Notes: generated by a model not told the origin, from the letters alone. DNA of 64,000 nt from Gemmatimonadaceae bacterium (GCA_033763905.1 JANRJP010000037.1:94737-158736); one strand, 5' to 3'; counted from the first letter of the stretch, positions 20,601 to 29,884 are shown. Made by a program: numbers and translations.

Positions 20601-20758
20601 TCGGCCGACCAAGTGGCGGGGACCGTCGCAGGCGCTCGGGGCGCGGAGGCCGCAGGCCGACTCGCGCCGCGCGACCCCGACTGCGCCGGTACGGTCGTCG
20701 CGCCCAGCACGAGGCCCACCACACCACACACGCCGACCACGACGGCTCGGGCCCGCAT
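17654..20758 (-). CDS. Secreted BNR/Asp-box (VPS10/sortilin-like) beta-propeller glycosyl hydrolase-like protein
   Basis: WRHVGPVRGGRV and many S/TxDxGxTW Asp-boxes; signal peptide after re-called ATG 20758. Confidence 0.85.
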   Translation of the reverse strand: MRARAVVVGVCGVVGLVLGATTVPAQSGSRGASRPAASAPRAPATVPATWSADSAMRGALRWRHVGPVRGGRVTTVTGVVQDPTTFFFGSTGGGVWKTTDAGLTWKNVSDGAFACASMGALDVSDSDPTVIWAGTGSDGIRSNVSIGCGVYRSRDGGASWTFAGLRDAGQIGALVVHPTRPDVAWVAAIGDPFKPTPTRGVFRTTDGGATWTKSLFVSDSTGAVDLELKPDDPNTIYAVMWRGERKPWTIISGATEGGVYKSIDGGATWAKLGGGLPTGLWGKGDLAVSSAQPNRVYLLLEAQPGQGLWRSDDAGLTWSLVSTQNGLLNRPFYYTNVDADPQSADVVYVSNESFFRSTDGGKTFRVRPTPHGDNHDLWIHPRNSRLMIGSNDGGAAVSFNGGDTWTTQYNQPTAEIYQVAVDDQWPYRIYGAQQDQSATHVIPSLPLTAAAPDDPLMQWAPVGGCETGPVVPSPKNPDVIFTACKGQFSRFDRRTGQEQAYWIGAQSLYGHDPKDLVYRFQRVSPLVVSPHEPQTVYYASQYVHRTRDEGRTWERISPDLTAFDPKTQGVSGTPITRDVTGEEFYSALYAVAESPRERGVIWAGANDGPISVTRDDGRSWTRVTPPDLPPGGRVQTIALSPHRNGAAYVAVLRHLLGDYTPYLYATNDYGRTWRRITNGIPADHPTRVIREDPQRPGLLYAGTEFGFFVSFNDGATWRPFQLNLPVVPITDLVVHRHDLVISTQGRGHWILDDITPLREVSAATLADAPTLFAPREAIRWRYDRYPLEPAYPEMPPVGATLTYRLPSAARSLALTIRDSAGRLVRQFTAGVPDSGARDAQSAMHRPPPPARPGAPTLPLAAGIHRVRWDLTHYGATDESGAPSERGGPMVGPGRYAIELKVDGTVLRTRLDVRVDPRATAVGIRTSDLREQETLALRVRDAVSAARQLTGTLRATRDARRAANDTAGVAAATVLLAALETAPGRYQQPMLTAQLQYLYGMLVQADQRPGRDAGERFATLSKELTVLARRAEALR

Positions 20759-20784
20759 CAATGCACGCGTTGGCAACTCCACTG

Positions 20785-21294
20785 TCAGGTTTCGCGCGCC
20801 GCGAGGGCGCGCTTGAGGAGGGCGATCTGGCCAGCGTGGTAGGCCGCGTGCTGCACGATGCCCCACGCCGTCGCGCGCGCCGACAAGCCACTCCCGAGCG
20901 GCGCGTCCCGGGTGTCGCCAATGCGCGCATCGAGTTGGCCTACCGATGCCGCCGCCAATTGGGCCGCCAGGGCATCGTGCGACGCCACCAACGCGTCTTG
21001 CGCCGCCTGCCACCGGGCGGCATCGGCGGTCGAAGGCACCTCGGGCCAGTCGCCCGCCGCAGGCTCGCGGACGTCCCCCTCGTGAAGGCGACGTCGCACT
21101 TCGTCGCACCACGACGTCAGATGCTGCACGATCTCCCAAATCGAGTGTGCGCCAGCAATCGGACGCGCGGCGGCATCCAGAGCGGACACCCCGTCGAGCA
21201 GGTCCCGCACCGACGGCCCGTGCCACGGCGTCCCCTCGATCGCGTGGCCCAGGGCCGTCGCCAGACGCACGCCTTCCGGAGTGTCCTTAGCCAT
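20785..21294 (-). CDS. DinB family protein
   Basis: PWHGPS, HSIWEIVQH, QHAAYHAGQI. Confidence 0.85.
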   Translation of the reverse strand: MAKDTPEGVRLATALGHAIEGTPWHGPSVRDLLDGVSALDAAARPIAGAHSIWEIVQHLTSWCDEVRRRLHEGDVREPAAGDWPEVPSTADAARWQAAQDALVASHDALAAQLAAASVGQLDARIGDTRDAPLGSGLSARATAWGIVQHAAYHAGQIALLKRALAARET

Positions 21295-21889
21295 TGGCCC
21301 GCTCGAACACATTCAGCGCCGATCGTCGCGTCGCTCGCACCCAGCAGTGCAGGCCGACGGGAATCAATCCCGCCGCGCGGAACGCACGCCGCCACACCGC
21401 CGGCGTCCGCCAGTGCCACCCGTCGAGATCGCCTTCCATCTCGTCCTCCGTCGAGTACGCCGGAAGATACGCGACCCCATCGCCAAGGTGTCCGGCCAAC
21501 TCCGTCAGGCCGGCAGTCAGGCTGCGGGTCGGGATGTACTGCAGCACATCCGCGCAGATGACCAGATCGAAGCGGCCACGCACCCCGGCCGCCTTGAGCG
21601 CGCCGAATTCACCCAGCACCAGATTGCGCCGTCGGCCATAGCGCTGCACCGCGTAGGCACTGGGGTCGAGCCCCAAGTACCGCACGCCGCGACGCTGCTT
21701 GCGGAGCCACACGCCCCACTCGCCCTCGCCACAGCCGATGTCCAGCACGGAGGTCACGCGTCGATCGAGCACGAGCTCGGCGGCCGCGAGGGCCACCGCG
21801 GCTCGGCGTTGCGTGAGATCGGGGGTGATCACCCGGGACCGTCCGGCGCGATACCAGCGGTCGAAGTAGGCGCGGTCGTAGGTCTTCAC
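21287..21889 (-). CDS. Class I SAM-dependent methyltransferase
   Basis: VLDIGCGEG, YLGLDPS, FDLVICADVLQYI; GTG start 21889. Confidence 0.85.
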   Translation of the reverse strand: MKTYDRAYFDRWYRAGRSRVITPDLTQRRAAVALAAAELVLDRRVTSVLDIGCGEGEWGVWLRKQRRGVRYLGLDPSAYAVQRYGRRRNLVLGEFGALKAAGVRGRFDLVICADVLQYIPTRSLTAGLTELAGHLGDGVAYLPAYSTEDEMEGDLDGWHWRTPAVWRRAFRAAGLIPVGLHCWVRATRRSALNVFERANG

Positions 21890-21912
21890 CGCGGGAAACG
21901 TATCGCACAACA

Positions 21913-21945
21913 GCGGCCGCCGCCGGGGAGCCCGGCGGCGGCCGC
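21913..21945 (-). terminator. Hairpin/likely terminator after GAF gene
   Basis: Perfect 15-bp inverted repeat GCGGCCGCCGCCGGG/CCCGGCGGCGGCCGC with 3-nt loop; weak U tail. Confidence 0.6.
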
Positions 21946-21971
21946 ACGAACATCTGCTGCCGTGGAAGCGC

Positions 21972-22475
21972 CTACGCCGCCTTCTTGAGTTGCTGCTTGA
22001 GGGCAACGCTCAGCAGTGCCGCCATCGTCTCGAGGTACTGCACGTCCGAGGCGGTCCAGTCCTTGATCACGCCGCAATGCTCGCAGCACAGCACCGCCAC
22101 GGGCTGGCCGGCAATCAGGATGCACACATCCAGCAGCGAGCGGATGTCGAGCGGCGTGAAGTACACCTCATCGAAGCACGACGTCGCCGGATGCGAGGCC
22201 GCATCGGCCGCGACGATGCGGAGGTCCCGCTTGATGGCCGCGAAGTACTCCGGAAAGCTGTCCTCGTCCAGCTTGGTCCCACTCTGCAGCGAGCCGTCGC
22301 GGCTGTCGAACAGCATCGAGCAGTGAATCGTATCCTGCAGGCCGTTCAGGGCCCACACCGAGGCGCGCGTCGAACCGACGTGCTGTACGATGTCTCGGCA
22401 GACCGCCTCGTAGACGGCGGCAATGGCATCAGGGTTGGTCTTGAGGGTAGCGAGGGCAGCGCGAGCACGATCCAT
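21972..22475 (-). CDS. Stand-alone GAF domain protein
   Basis: RASVW, FPEYF, YFTPLDIRSLLD, VLCCEH...W..D pattern; GGAG SD before ATG 22475. Confidence 0.8.
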   Translation of the reverse strand: MDRARAALATLKTNPDAIAAVYEAVCRDIVQHVGSTRASVWALNGLQDTIHCSMLFDSRDGSLQSGTKLDEDSFPEYFAAIKRDLRIVAADAASHPATSCFDEVYFTPLDIRSLLDVCILIAGQPVAVLCCEHCGVIKDWTASDVQYLETMAALLSVALKQQLKKAA

Positions 22476-22560
22476 ATGCAGTCTCCACGAGAGGGGGGGG
22501 CGCGCATCCCATCCGAAGGAGCGCTTCTCCCGCCAGTATCGGCCGCGTCGTGCCTCCGCT

Positions 22561-22968
22561 TCAGCGCCCCGTCGCCGTCGGCCGGATCGCCCCGTCGACG
22601 GCACACCCCGACCACGTGGAGTCAGCCCAGGTGACCGCCGCGGTGAATGGGTACTCCGTTGCGGTCGTCCCATCGCGACACGGTTGCGGCTCGACCATCA
22701 GCTCGAATAGCGGCTCGGTCAGCGCACGGCGCCCACGCCAGCGCCGCCGCCCTGCTCCCGTATCCGGCGCGGTCGATGGAAACACGAGGGTCGGCGCCGA
22801 TGCGCGGCGGAAGGTCACCGCGTTGGATGCGACTTCGACGGACCACGCCGGCGAGGTGCCGATCGCCGTCAACTCGACGCGGACCGCCTTCGGCTCCCGC
22901 GAACACCCCACCAGCGCCGCGAGGCACAACACCGCACGCCCTCGGTGGGTCAATAGGTCAACACGCAT
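22561..22968 (-). CDS. Hypothetical lipoprotein (COG3650-like)
   Basis: LAALVGC lipobox; GTSPAW, C.DG....YPF.A.V....WSGCA; start uncertain. Confidence 0.55.
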   Translation of the reverse strand: MRVDLLTHRGRAVLCLAALVGCSREPKAVRVELTAIGTSPAWSVEVASNAVTFRRASAPTLVFPSTAPDTGAGRRRWRGRRALTEPLFELMVEPQPCRDGTTATEYPFTAAVTWADSTWSGCAVDGAIRPTATGR

Positions 22969-23489
22969 TCCACCGTCCGGTGCTCCAGTGCCGCGCGGCC
23001 ACGCAAGCCGCTGAGTTCCATCAGAAAGCCGCACCCAATCACGGAAGCGCCGCCCGCCTCCGCCAACTGGCACACGGCCGCGGCGGTGCCTCCCGTCGCC
23101 AGCACGTCGTCGACCACCAGCACGCGATGTCCCGTCTCGAGCGCATCGGAATGCATTTCGATGGTGTCGGTGCCGTACTCCAAGTCGTACGTGACTCGCC
23201 GCGTCGCCGCCGGCAGCTTACCCGGCTTGCGGACCGGCACGAAGGCGGCGCCCAAGGCCAGCGCCACCGGCACGCCAAGCAGAAAGCCGCGGCTCTCGGG
23301 AGCCACGACGTGCGTCACCCCGCGCGTACGCCACGGCGCCGCCACGGCGTGCACCACCGCCGCGAGCAGCGCGGGCTGCGCCAGCACGGGGGTGATGTCC
23401 TTGAAGAGAATCCCCGGCTTCGGGAAGTCGGGGACATCGCGTATGGCGCGGCGCAACGCCGCAACCACCTCGGGGCCAACTTGCGACAT
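22950..23489 (-). CDS. apt: Adenine phosphoribosyltransferase
   Basis: IRDVPDFPKPGILFKDIT, ESRGF, RKPGKLP, VDDVLATGGT. Confidence 0.96.
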   Translation of the reverse strand: MSQVGPEVVAALRRAIRDVPDFPKPGILFKDITPVLAQPALLAAVVHAVAAPWRTRGVTHVVAPESRGFLLGVPVALALGAAFVPVRKPGKLPAATRRVTYDLEYGTDTIEMHSDALETGHRVLVVDDVLATGGTAAAVCQLAEAGGASVIGCGFLMELSGLRGRAALEHRTVECVLTY

Positions 23490-23773
23490 CAGCGCACCTC
23501 GAACGGCAACGGAAGTGACGACGCCGGTCCGCGTCCCTGCTCGTGGACGGACTCGACGCGAGCGTGCGGCGGGCCGACCGCGAGCTCCTTGGCCAGCGCA
23601 TCGAGCAGCGTGGGAGCGCCGCCAGCGACGACCTCCACACTCCCGTCCGAAAGATTGCGCGCCCAGCCCGCCAACCCCAGCCGCTGCGACTGGCGCACCA
23701 CGAACCAGCGGTATCCTACCCCCTGCACGTGTCCGGTCACGCGCCACTCTCGACGCTCCGGAGCCGCGGTCAC
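23489..23773 (-). CDS. acyP: Acylphosphatase
   Basis: GHVQGVGYR, GWARNLSDGSVE, GPPHARV. Confidence 0.92.
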   Translation of the reverse strand: MTAAPERREWRVTGHVQGVGYRWFVVRQSQRLGLAGWARNLSDGSVEVVAGGAPTLLDALAKELAVGPPHARVESVHEQGRGPASSLPLPFEVR

Positions 23774-24432
23774 GCCGGCCACCCTGCCGCGCCAATCAGC
23801 GGGACGAAGCGTACCGGTCCCAGATCGCGGGTGTCCGTGCCGGGCCCGCGACGCGTCACCACCAGCAATCGCTGTTCGTCGCGATCCCCGACGGGAATGA
23901 CCAGCCGACCGCCCTCGCTCAGCTGCTCAACCAGCGGCGCGGGCACGCTCGGGGCGCCCGCCCCAACGAGTATCGCATCGAAGGGAGCCCAGCTCGCCCA
24001 GCCCAGTGTGCCGTCCCCCTGCAGGAACGACACGTTGGTGGCACCGCAGGCCACCAAGGCCTCGCGCGCCGACGGCAACAGCGCGCCAACCCGCTCCACC
24101 GTGAAGACCTGCGCGGCCAGATGGGCCAGCAGCGCCGTCTGGTAGCCGGAGCCGGTGCCGATCTCGAGGACGCGCTCGCGTCCGGTCAATTGTGCCACTT
24201 CCAATGAGCGCGCGTGGATGCTCGGCTGCGAAATGGTTTGTCCGCTGCCGATCGGCAATGCCGAATCCTCGTACGCGCGGTGGCGCACGCCGCTGGGCAC
24301 GAAGAGATGTCGCGGCACCGCATCGACCGCCTGCAGGACCGCGAGATCGCGAATCCCCTTGTCCTGCAGCGCTTCGACGAGCCGACGACGCGCCCCGCGG
24401 TACTCGGTCACTCCGCCCGGCGGCGTGGTCAC
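23770..24432 (-). CDS. pcm: Protein-L-isoaspartate O-methyltransferase
   Basis: VPRHLFV, AYED.ALPIG.GQTISQP, VLEIGTGSGYQ, FVPLIG. Confidence 0.95.
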   Translation of the reverse strand: MTTPPGGVTEYRGARRRLVEALQDKGIRDLAVLQAVDAVPRHLFVPSGVRHRAYEDSALPIGSGQTISQPSIHARSLEVAQLTGRERVLEIGTGSGYQTALLAHLAAQVFTVERVGALLPSAREALVACGATNVSFLQGDGTLGWASWAPFDAILVGAGAPSVPAPLVEQLSEGGRLVIPVGDRDEQRLLVVTRRGPGTDTRDLGPVRFVPLIGAAGWPA

Positions 24433-25199
24433 CCGAGCACCGGCGGTGGCGCCCACCACGTCGCCGCGTCCTCCAGCAGCTCGCGGTTCGTCAGGTCGAG
24501 ATGCAGCGGCGTCACCGACACGAACCCATCGCGAATGGCCTGGAAGTCGCTGTCCGCGGGACCGGTCCACGTCGCCGAGCCGCCGCCGATCCAATAGACC
24601 GTCCGCCCCCAGGGGTCCTGCATCTGCTTGAGCGAATCGCTGTACAGGCGTTGACCGAGTCGCGTGAGGCGCACGCCTTGGACGTGTGCACCGATCAGCG
24701 GCGGCAGATTCACGTTCAGCAGCGTGTTGCGCGGCCACTGGAGCGTGGTCAGGTGCTTGATGAGCGTGGTCAGCAACGGGATCTGTGCATCGAGCAACGA
24801 GACATCTGCCCGCAAGTCGCCGCCGGCAAACGAAAACGCAATCGAGGGAATTCCCAAGGCGAGCCCTTCCATCGCGGCCGCCACCGTGCCGCTGTACAGC
24901 ACGTCTTCGCCCATATTCTGCCCGTGGTTGACGCCGCTCAGGACGAAGTCGGGCTTCTCGGGGAGCAAGGCCTCGAGTCCGACCATCACGCAGTCGGTGG
25001 GCGTGCCGTCGACCTGCCAGCGTCGCTCACCTCGTCGCACCGGCCGAATGGGATGATGCAAGGTCAGCGAGTGGGACATCGCACTCTGCTCGCGATCGGG
25101 CGCCACGACCCAGGTCTCTCCGAGCGGCTCGGTGGCGCGGATCAGGCAGTCCAGACCGTGGGCGAGAATGCCGTCGTCGTTCGAAAGAAGAAAGCGCAT
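24429..25199 (-). CDS. surE: 5'/3'-nucleotidase SurE
   Basis: LLSNDDG, GTPTDCV, SGVNHGQN, YSGTVAAA. Confidence 0.96.
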   Translation of the reverse strand: MRFLLSNDDGILAHGLDCLIRATEPLGETWVVAPDREQSAMSHSLTLHHPIRPVRRGERRWQVDGTPTDCVMVGLEALLPEKPDFVLSGVNHGQNMGEDVLYSGTVAAAMEGLALGIPSIAFSFAGGDLRADVSLLDAQIPLLTTLIKHLTTLQWPRNTLLNVNLPPLIGAHVQGVRLTRLGQRLYSDSLKQMQDPWGRTVYWIGGGSATWTGPADSDFQAIRDGFVSVTPLHLDLTNRELLEDAATWWAPPPVLG

Positions 25200-25594
25200 C
25201 AGGAAGCCGGAATGTCGTCGCCGACGGTGTGAGGAGGTGCGGCCGGTCGACCCGCCAGCAGATCGAGCACGGCGTGCAATTCGTGTTCGAGATCACGCGC
25301 TACGGCGGCGTCGAGTGCCGTCCGCGCGGCCCGGCGCAGCGTCCCGTCCTTCCGACGCTGCTCGATCTGCTGGCGTGCGCCATCGATCGTGTACTTGTCC
25401 ACGTACAGCAGGTGCTTCACCAGCTGAATCAGCTCGACGTCCTTCCGCTGGTACACCCGGTTGCCGGAGCGATTCTTGGCGGGGTGCAAAAATCGAAACT
25501 GGCTTTCCCAGTACCGGAGCACGTGCGGCTTGAGCCCTGTCAGCTCGCACACATCGCCGATCGCGAAGTACTCCTGCTTGGGCTCCTGAGTCAC
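25199..25594 (-). CDS. MerR family transcriptional regulator
   Basis: YFAIGDVCELTGLKPHVLRYWESQF...GNRVY; GTG 25594 overlaps gpsA stop. Confidence 0.9.
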   Translation of the reverse strand: MTQEPKQEYFAIGDVCELTGLKPHVLRYWESQFRFLHPAKNRSGNRVYQRKDVELIQLVKHLLYVDKYTIDGARQQIEQRRKDGTLRRAARTALDAAVARDLEHELHAVLDLLAGRPAAPPHTVGDDIPAS

Positions 25595-26595
25595 GGCCGG
25601 CCCTCGTGCTTGAGGTCGCGCCCCATCAGCACCGCCAGCGCTACTGCGGGCGCTTCGCCCTCGAACAGCATCCGGTACGTCGCACTCACGATCGGCATTT
25701 CGACGCCGTGCCGCTCGGCCAGCGCGCGCGCGCTCCGCGTCGTGACCACGCCCTCCGCGACGGTTTCCTTTCCTTCGAGCGCCTGCGCCAACGTGCGCCC
25801 CTCGCCGATCGCCACTCCGACGGCCCGATTGCGCGACAGCGCGCCGGTGCACGTCAGCACGAGATCGCCCATTCCGGCGAGCCCGGCGAACGTCGCCGGC
25901 TCGGCGCCGAGCGCGACTCCGAGTCGCGTCATCTCGGCCAACCCACGCGTGATCAGCGCGGCGCGCGAATTGAGGCCGAGCCCGAGGCCCTCCCCGATCC
26001 CGGTCGCGACCGCCATCACGTTCTTCAGTGAGCCGCCCAGTTCCACGCCGCGCACGTCGTGCTGCGTGTACACGCGGAAGCAGTCGCTCGACAGCACCCG
26101 CTGGAAGCGCTCGGCGGCCGACTGATCCTCGGACGCCGCCACGATCGCCGTCGGCTGGCGCGCGGCGACTTCTGCCGCGAAGCTGGGCCCGGACAGTGCC
26201 ACGATGGCGTGCCCCGGCAGAGCCTCCGCGACGACGTCCCCCATCAGCGCCAGCGTCCCTTCCTCGATACCCTTGGTCGCCACCCCAACCTGCGCGCCGG
26301 GTTCGATCGCCGACTGCAGTTGCGTCGCCACCCGACGCAAGAACGCCGATGGGGCGGCCAGAATCACCAGCGAGGCACCGCGCACGGCCTCCGCGGCATC
26401 GCCCGTCGCGCGCACATTCGGAGACAGCGGTGATCCGGCAAGAAAGCGCGCGTTCTCGTGGCGCTCGTTGACCGTCGACACCACATCGGGCTCGCGGGCC
26501 CACAGCGTTACCGCGTGGCCATTGCGACCGAGCACATCGGCGAGCGCCGTGCCCCACGCGCCCGCGCCGACGACCGCAACACGCGTCGTGTTCAT
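25591..26595 (-). CDS. gpsA: NAD(P)H-dependent glycerol-3-phosphate dehydrogenase
   Basis: GAGAWGTALA, TKGIE, LSGPSFA, GGSLKNV, GDLVLTC....SRN. Confidence 0.96.
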   Translation of the reverse strand: MNTTRVAVVGAGAWGTALADVLGRNGHAVTLWAREPDVVSTVNERHENARFLAGSPLSPNVRATGDAAEAVRGASLVILAAPSAFLRRVATQLQSAIEPGAQVGVATKGIEEGTLALMGDVVAEALPGHAIVALSGPSFAAEVAARQPTAIVAASEDQSAAERFQRVLSSDCFRVYTQHDVRGVELGGSLKNVMAVATGIGEGLGLGLNSRAALITRGLAEMTRLGVALGAEPATFAGLAGMGDLVLTCTGALSRNRAVGVAIGEGRTLAQALEGKETVAEGVVTTRSARALAERHGVEMPIVSATYRMLFEGEAPAVALAVLMGRDLKHEGRP

Positions 26596-27251
26596 CGCGG
26601 GGCCTCCGGCGCAGACGACGCCGCGCGCTTCTGCTTGAAGGAGTGTTCCTCTCCGCGGCGCAGTCGCCCAATGTTGGCGCGGTGGGTCCACCACACGAAT
26701 GCCGCGATCACGAATGAAGGCACCACGAAGATCGACCCCATCCCCTGAGTGCCGATCACGGCCACCGGAAGCGCTGCCGCCGCCAACAGCGAGCCAAGCG
26801 AGACGTACCCCGTCAGCCAGACGGTGACGGCGAAGATCGACGTGGTGATCAGCACCGCGAGTGGCGCGAGCCCGAGGAAGACGCCGGCCCCGGTCGCGAC
26901 GCCCTTGCCGCCGCCGCGCCACAGCAGGAAGATCGGCTTGGCGTGGCCGGCAATGGCCATCGCGCCGTAGGCGATGGCCCATCGATCCGCGACCTGCGTC
27001 TCGACGAAGTACGGCAGCAAGAAGGCAGGCCCAAAGCCCTTCAGGGCATCGAGCAAAAACACCGGCGCGGCCCAGGCCCAGCCGAGGGTCCGCAGCACGT
27101 TGGTGGCGCCGAGATTGCCAGAGCCCACCGTACGCAGATCAATGCCCTTGAGCCGCCCCGCGAGGTACGCGAACGGGATCGATCCGGAGAGATAGGCCAG
27201 CACCAGGCCGACCCACGGGGCGAGCAGTCCATCGCGAACGATCGGCAACAT
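26592..27251 (-). CDS. plsY: Glycerol-3-phosphate acyltransferase PlsY
   Basis: GSIP, GSGNLGATNVLR, GGKGVAT, HRANI.RL. Confidence 0.95.
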   Translation of the reverse strand: MLPIVRDGLLAPWVGLVLAYLSGSIPFAYLAGRLKGIDLRTVGSGNLGATNVLRTLGWAWAAPVFLLDALKGFGPAFLLPYFVETQVADRWAIAYGAMAIAGHAKPIFLLWRGGGKGVATGAGVFLGLAPLAVLITTSIFAVTVWLTGYVSLGSLLAAAALPVAVIGTQGMGSIFVVPSFVIAAFVWWTHRANIGRLRRGEEHSFKQKRAASSAPEAPR

Positions 27252-27260
27252 CCGGGCTCC

Positions 27261-28601
27261 TCAGCGACGTCCGTCGTCGTGGCGGTCTTCGTTCTTTCGC
27301 TTGAGCGTGATCCGCAACGGGTTGCCGGTCCAGCCGAACGCCTCCCGGAATCCGTTGTGCAAGTAGCGCACGTAGTGCTCCACCACGTAGTCCGGATGGT
27401 TGCCGAAGACCACGATCTGCGGCGGCGCCGTCTCGACCTGCGTCGCGTAGTTGAGCTTCACTTCCACCCCGACGTGCTGCGGCGGTTGGCGGCGGGCGGT
27501 CAGCTCACCCAGTCGCGCGTTGATCTGGCTCGTCGGCACCCGCTTGAGCCGCTCCCGCTCCACTTCCAGCATCACGTCGAGAATCCGCGTGACCCGCTGT
27601 CCCGTCGTCGCACTCGTGAAGAGAAACGGGACGTAATCGAGGAATGGCGCCTTCTCGACCATCTCCTTCTGGAACTTGTGCGCCGTCTTGTCGTCCTTTT
27701 CGACCAGGTCCCACTTGTTCACGACCATAATGAGCCCGCGTCCTGCATCCCACGCGAGGTGCGCGATCTTGAGATCCTGATCGACCAGCTTGGCAGTCCC
27801 GTCGATCAGCAGCACACACACGTCCGACGACTCGATCGCGCGACGCGTCCGCAGCGTCGAGTAGAACTCGACGCCTTCGTCGACCCGCGCCTGGCGCCGC
27901 AGGCCGGCGGTATCGACGAACACCACATCGCGCCCGTGGTACTTGAAGGGCGTGTCGATGGCATCGCGCGTCGTGCCCGCAATGTCGCTGACGACCAACC
28001 GCTCCTCACCCAGCAGCCGGTTGATGAACGACGACTTGCCGACGTTCGGTCGACCGATCACCGCCACGCGGAGCGCATCGGTCTCGGGCGCCGGCGCCTC
28101 GGGAATGCGCTCGACGATCGAGTCGAGCAGATCACCGCTGCCCTTGCCGTTCGTCGCCGACACCGGGTAAGGATCGCCCCCGCCAAGGTTGTACAGCTCG
28201 TAGAACGACGGATCGCGCGGATCGTCCACCTTGTTGGCGACGAGCAGCCAGGGCTTGTTGTGCTCCCGCAAGAGATCGATGATCCGCCGATCGCTGGGAT
28301 GCACACCGACTTGCGCGTCGAGCACGAGCAGGAGCAGATCGGCTTCGCCGATGGCCTGAATGACCTGCTTCTTGATCTCGACGTCCATCGGCACGCGATC
28401 ATCCATCGTCAGGCCGCCGGTGTCGACGAGATAGAACGTCCGACCGTTCCACTCGGTCAGCGCAAAATGCCGATCGCGCGTGGTGCCGGCTTCCTCGCTG
28501 ACGATGGCGGTCCCCTGCCCGACGACGCGGTTGAACAGCGCGGACTTGCCGACATTCGGGCGCCCAACGAGCGCGACCACAGGAATCGGGGCGGCACTCA
28601 T
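27261..28601 (-). CDS. der: Ribosome biogenesis GTPase Der (EngA)
   Basis: Two GRPNVGKS G-domains, GTTRD, DTAG, NKWD. Confidence 0.96.
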   Translation of the reverse strand: MSAAPIPVVALVGRPNVGKSALFNRVVGQGTAIVSEEAGTTRDRHFALTEWNGRTFYLVDTGGLTMDDRVPMDVEIKKQVIQAIGEADLLLLVLDAQVGVHPSDRRIIDLLREHNKPWLLVANKVDDPRDPSFYELYNLGGGDPYPVSATNGKGSGDLLDSIVERIPEAPAPETDALRVAVIGRPNVGKSSFINRLLGEERLVVSDIAGTTRDAIDTPFKYHGRDVVFVDTAGLRRQARVDEGVEFYSTLRTRRAIESSDVCVLLIDGTAKLVDQDLKIAHLAWDAGRGLIMVVNKWDLVEKDDKTAHKFQKEMVEKAPFLDYVPFLFTSATTGQRVTRILDVMLEVERERLKRVPTSQINARLGELTARRQPPQHVGVEVKLNYATQVETAPPQIVVFGNHPDYVVEHYVRYLHNGFREAFGWTGNPLRITLKRKNEDRHDDGRR

Positions 28602-29884
28602 AGCGGAGCTCCAGTCGCCTCGTGGGCGAGCACATCGAGGAAATCGTAGGACGGATACACCGGCATCGGGAGCGACTCGCGCACCTCGACAAACCGCTGA
28701 TCGTCGAGGAACAGCCCATCGTCGTTGATGCACTCGGCCGGAATCAACGCCAGATCCAGATCGACGCGGCCCGCCAGCACGCGGGCAATGTCGGCCCCGA
28801 CGAGCAAGCCGGCGGTCGTCGTCGTCGGACCGAAGAGCGAGTTCTCGGCGGTAATCAGCTCGAACGTCGCGCCCGTCTGCTGCCGCAACGCGTCGAGAAG
28901 CTCCGGCATCAGCGGGGTCATCGAGGTCCCGGTGACCACGCCAATCCGCTTGCCGTCCAGCCGTGGCAGCTCGGCGACGCCGTCCGCCACCCGCTGGCGC
29001 AGCTTCGTCACCGCGCCGACGCCGTTCTCGATCTGTGCGAACTCGCCGTAGAACTCGGCGTCCGGCAGCGGTTGTCCGCTCAGCAGGTACAGCTCGTCCG
29101 ATCCGAAGACCCAGCGCTCCCCACGCTCCGCCAAGGCGCGCGCCTGCCAGCGGTTCGCGTGCGCGAGAATGCGCGAGGCGTTCTCCGCGTCCATCGGCTT
29201 GCCCGTGTACAAATGCGAAAACTGGGTCACCCCGACGGGCACGATCGCGACGCTCAGACAGGCATCGCCGAGGTTCCAGAGATCCTGCAACGACGCCTCG
29301 AGCACATCCCCGTCGTTGAGACCGGGGACGATCACCATCTGCCCGTGGAACTGGATGCCGCCCTCGGCCAATCGCGACAACTGTGCGACGATATCGGGGA
29401 CGCGCGGATTGTTCAGCAGGACCTTCCGCGCCTCGTGGGGGGTGGCGTGCACGCTGACGTACAGCGGCGACAGCCGGTACTCGAGAATCCGCGCGATGTC
29501 CTTCTCCTTGACATTGGAGAGGGTCGCGAAGTTGCCGTACGCGAACGACAGCCGGTAATCGTCATCCCGGACGTAGAGCGGACGGCGGAGCCCCTTGGGC
29601 AGGCCTTCGATGAAACAGAATTCGCAGCGGTTCGCGCAGCGCCGAATCGTCGGCGGCTCCAGCTGAATGCCGAACGGCTCGCGGTCCGGATTCTCGATCT
29701 CGAACTCGATCAGCTCCCCGTCAGGCAGCTGCGCTTCAAGGACGAACGCGTCTTCCGCGCTCAAAAACTCCCAGTCGAGAAAATCCTCAAGCTCGCGTCC
29801 GTCGATGCGCAGGAGCGCCGTCCCGGGGACAAGCCCCAGTTCTTCGCCAATCCCCCCTGCCTCGACCCGCGCAATCTTGACCAT
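28598..29884 (-). CDS. PDZ/radical-SAM-like DUF512 domain protein
   Basis: CANRCEFC CxxxCxxC, DDDYRLSF, QIENGVG, FLDD. Confidence 0.85.
   Translation of the reverse strand: MVKIARVEAGGIGEELGLVPGTALLRIDGRELEDFLDWEFLSAEDAFVLEAQLPDGELIEFEIENPDREPFGIQLEPPTIRRCANRCEFCFIEGLPKGLRRPLYVRDDDYRLSFAYGNFATLSNVKEKDIARILEYRLSPLYVSVHATPHEARKVLLNNPRVPDIVAQLSRLAEGGIQFHGQMVIVPGLNDGDVLEASLQDLWNLGDACLSVAIVPVGVTQFSHLYTGKPMDAENASRILAHANRWQARALAERGERWVFGSDELYLLSGQPLPDAEFYGEFAQIENGVGAVTKLRQRVADGVAELPRLDGKRIGVVTGTSMTPLMPELLDALRQQTGATFELITAENSLFGPTTTTAGLLVGADIARVLAGRVDLDLALIPAECINDDGLFLDDQRFVEVRESLPMPVYPSYDFLDVLAHEATGAPL

Noticed and set aside
17654..21226. Extended N-termini in the ORF track (e.g. 1190-aa propeller; also 9824, 11323, 26671, 45418, 58822 starts)
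   Set aside because: The extensions overlap upstream genes in another frame; true starts were re-called at stop/start overlaps or signal peptides.
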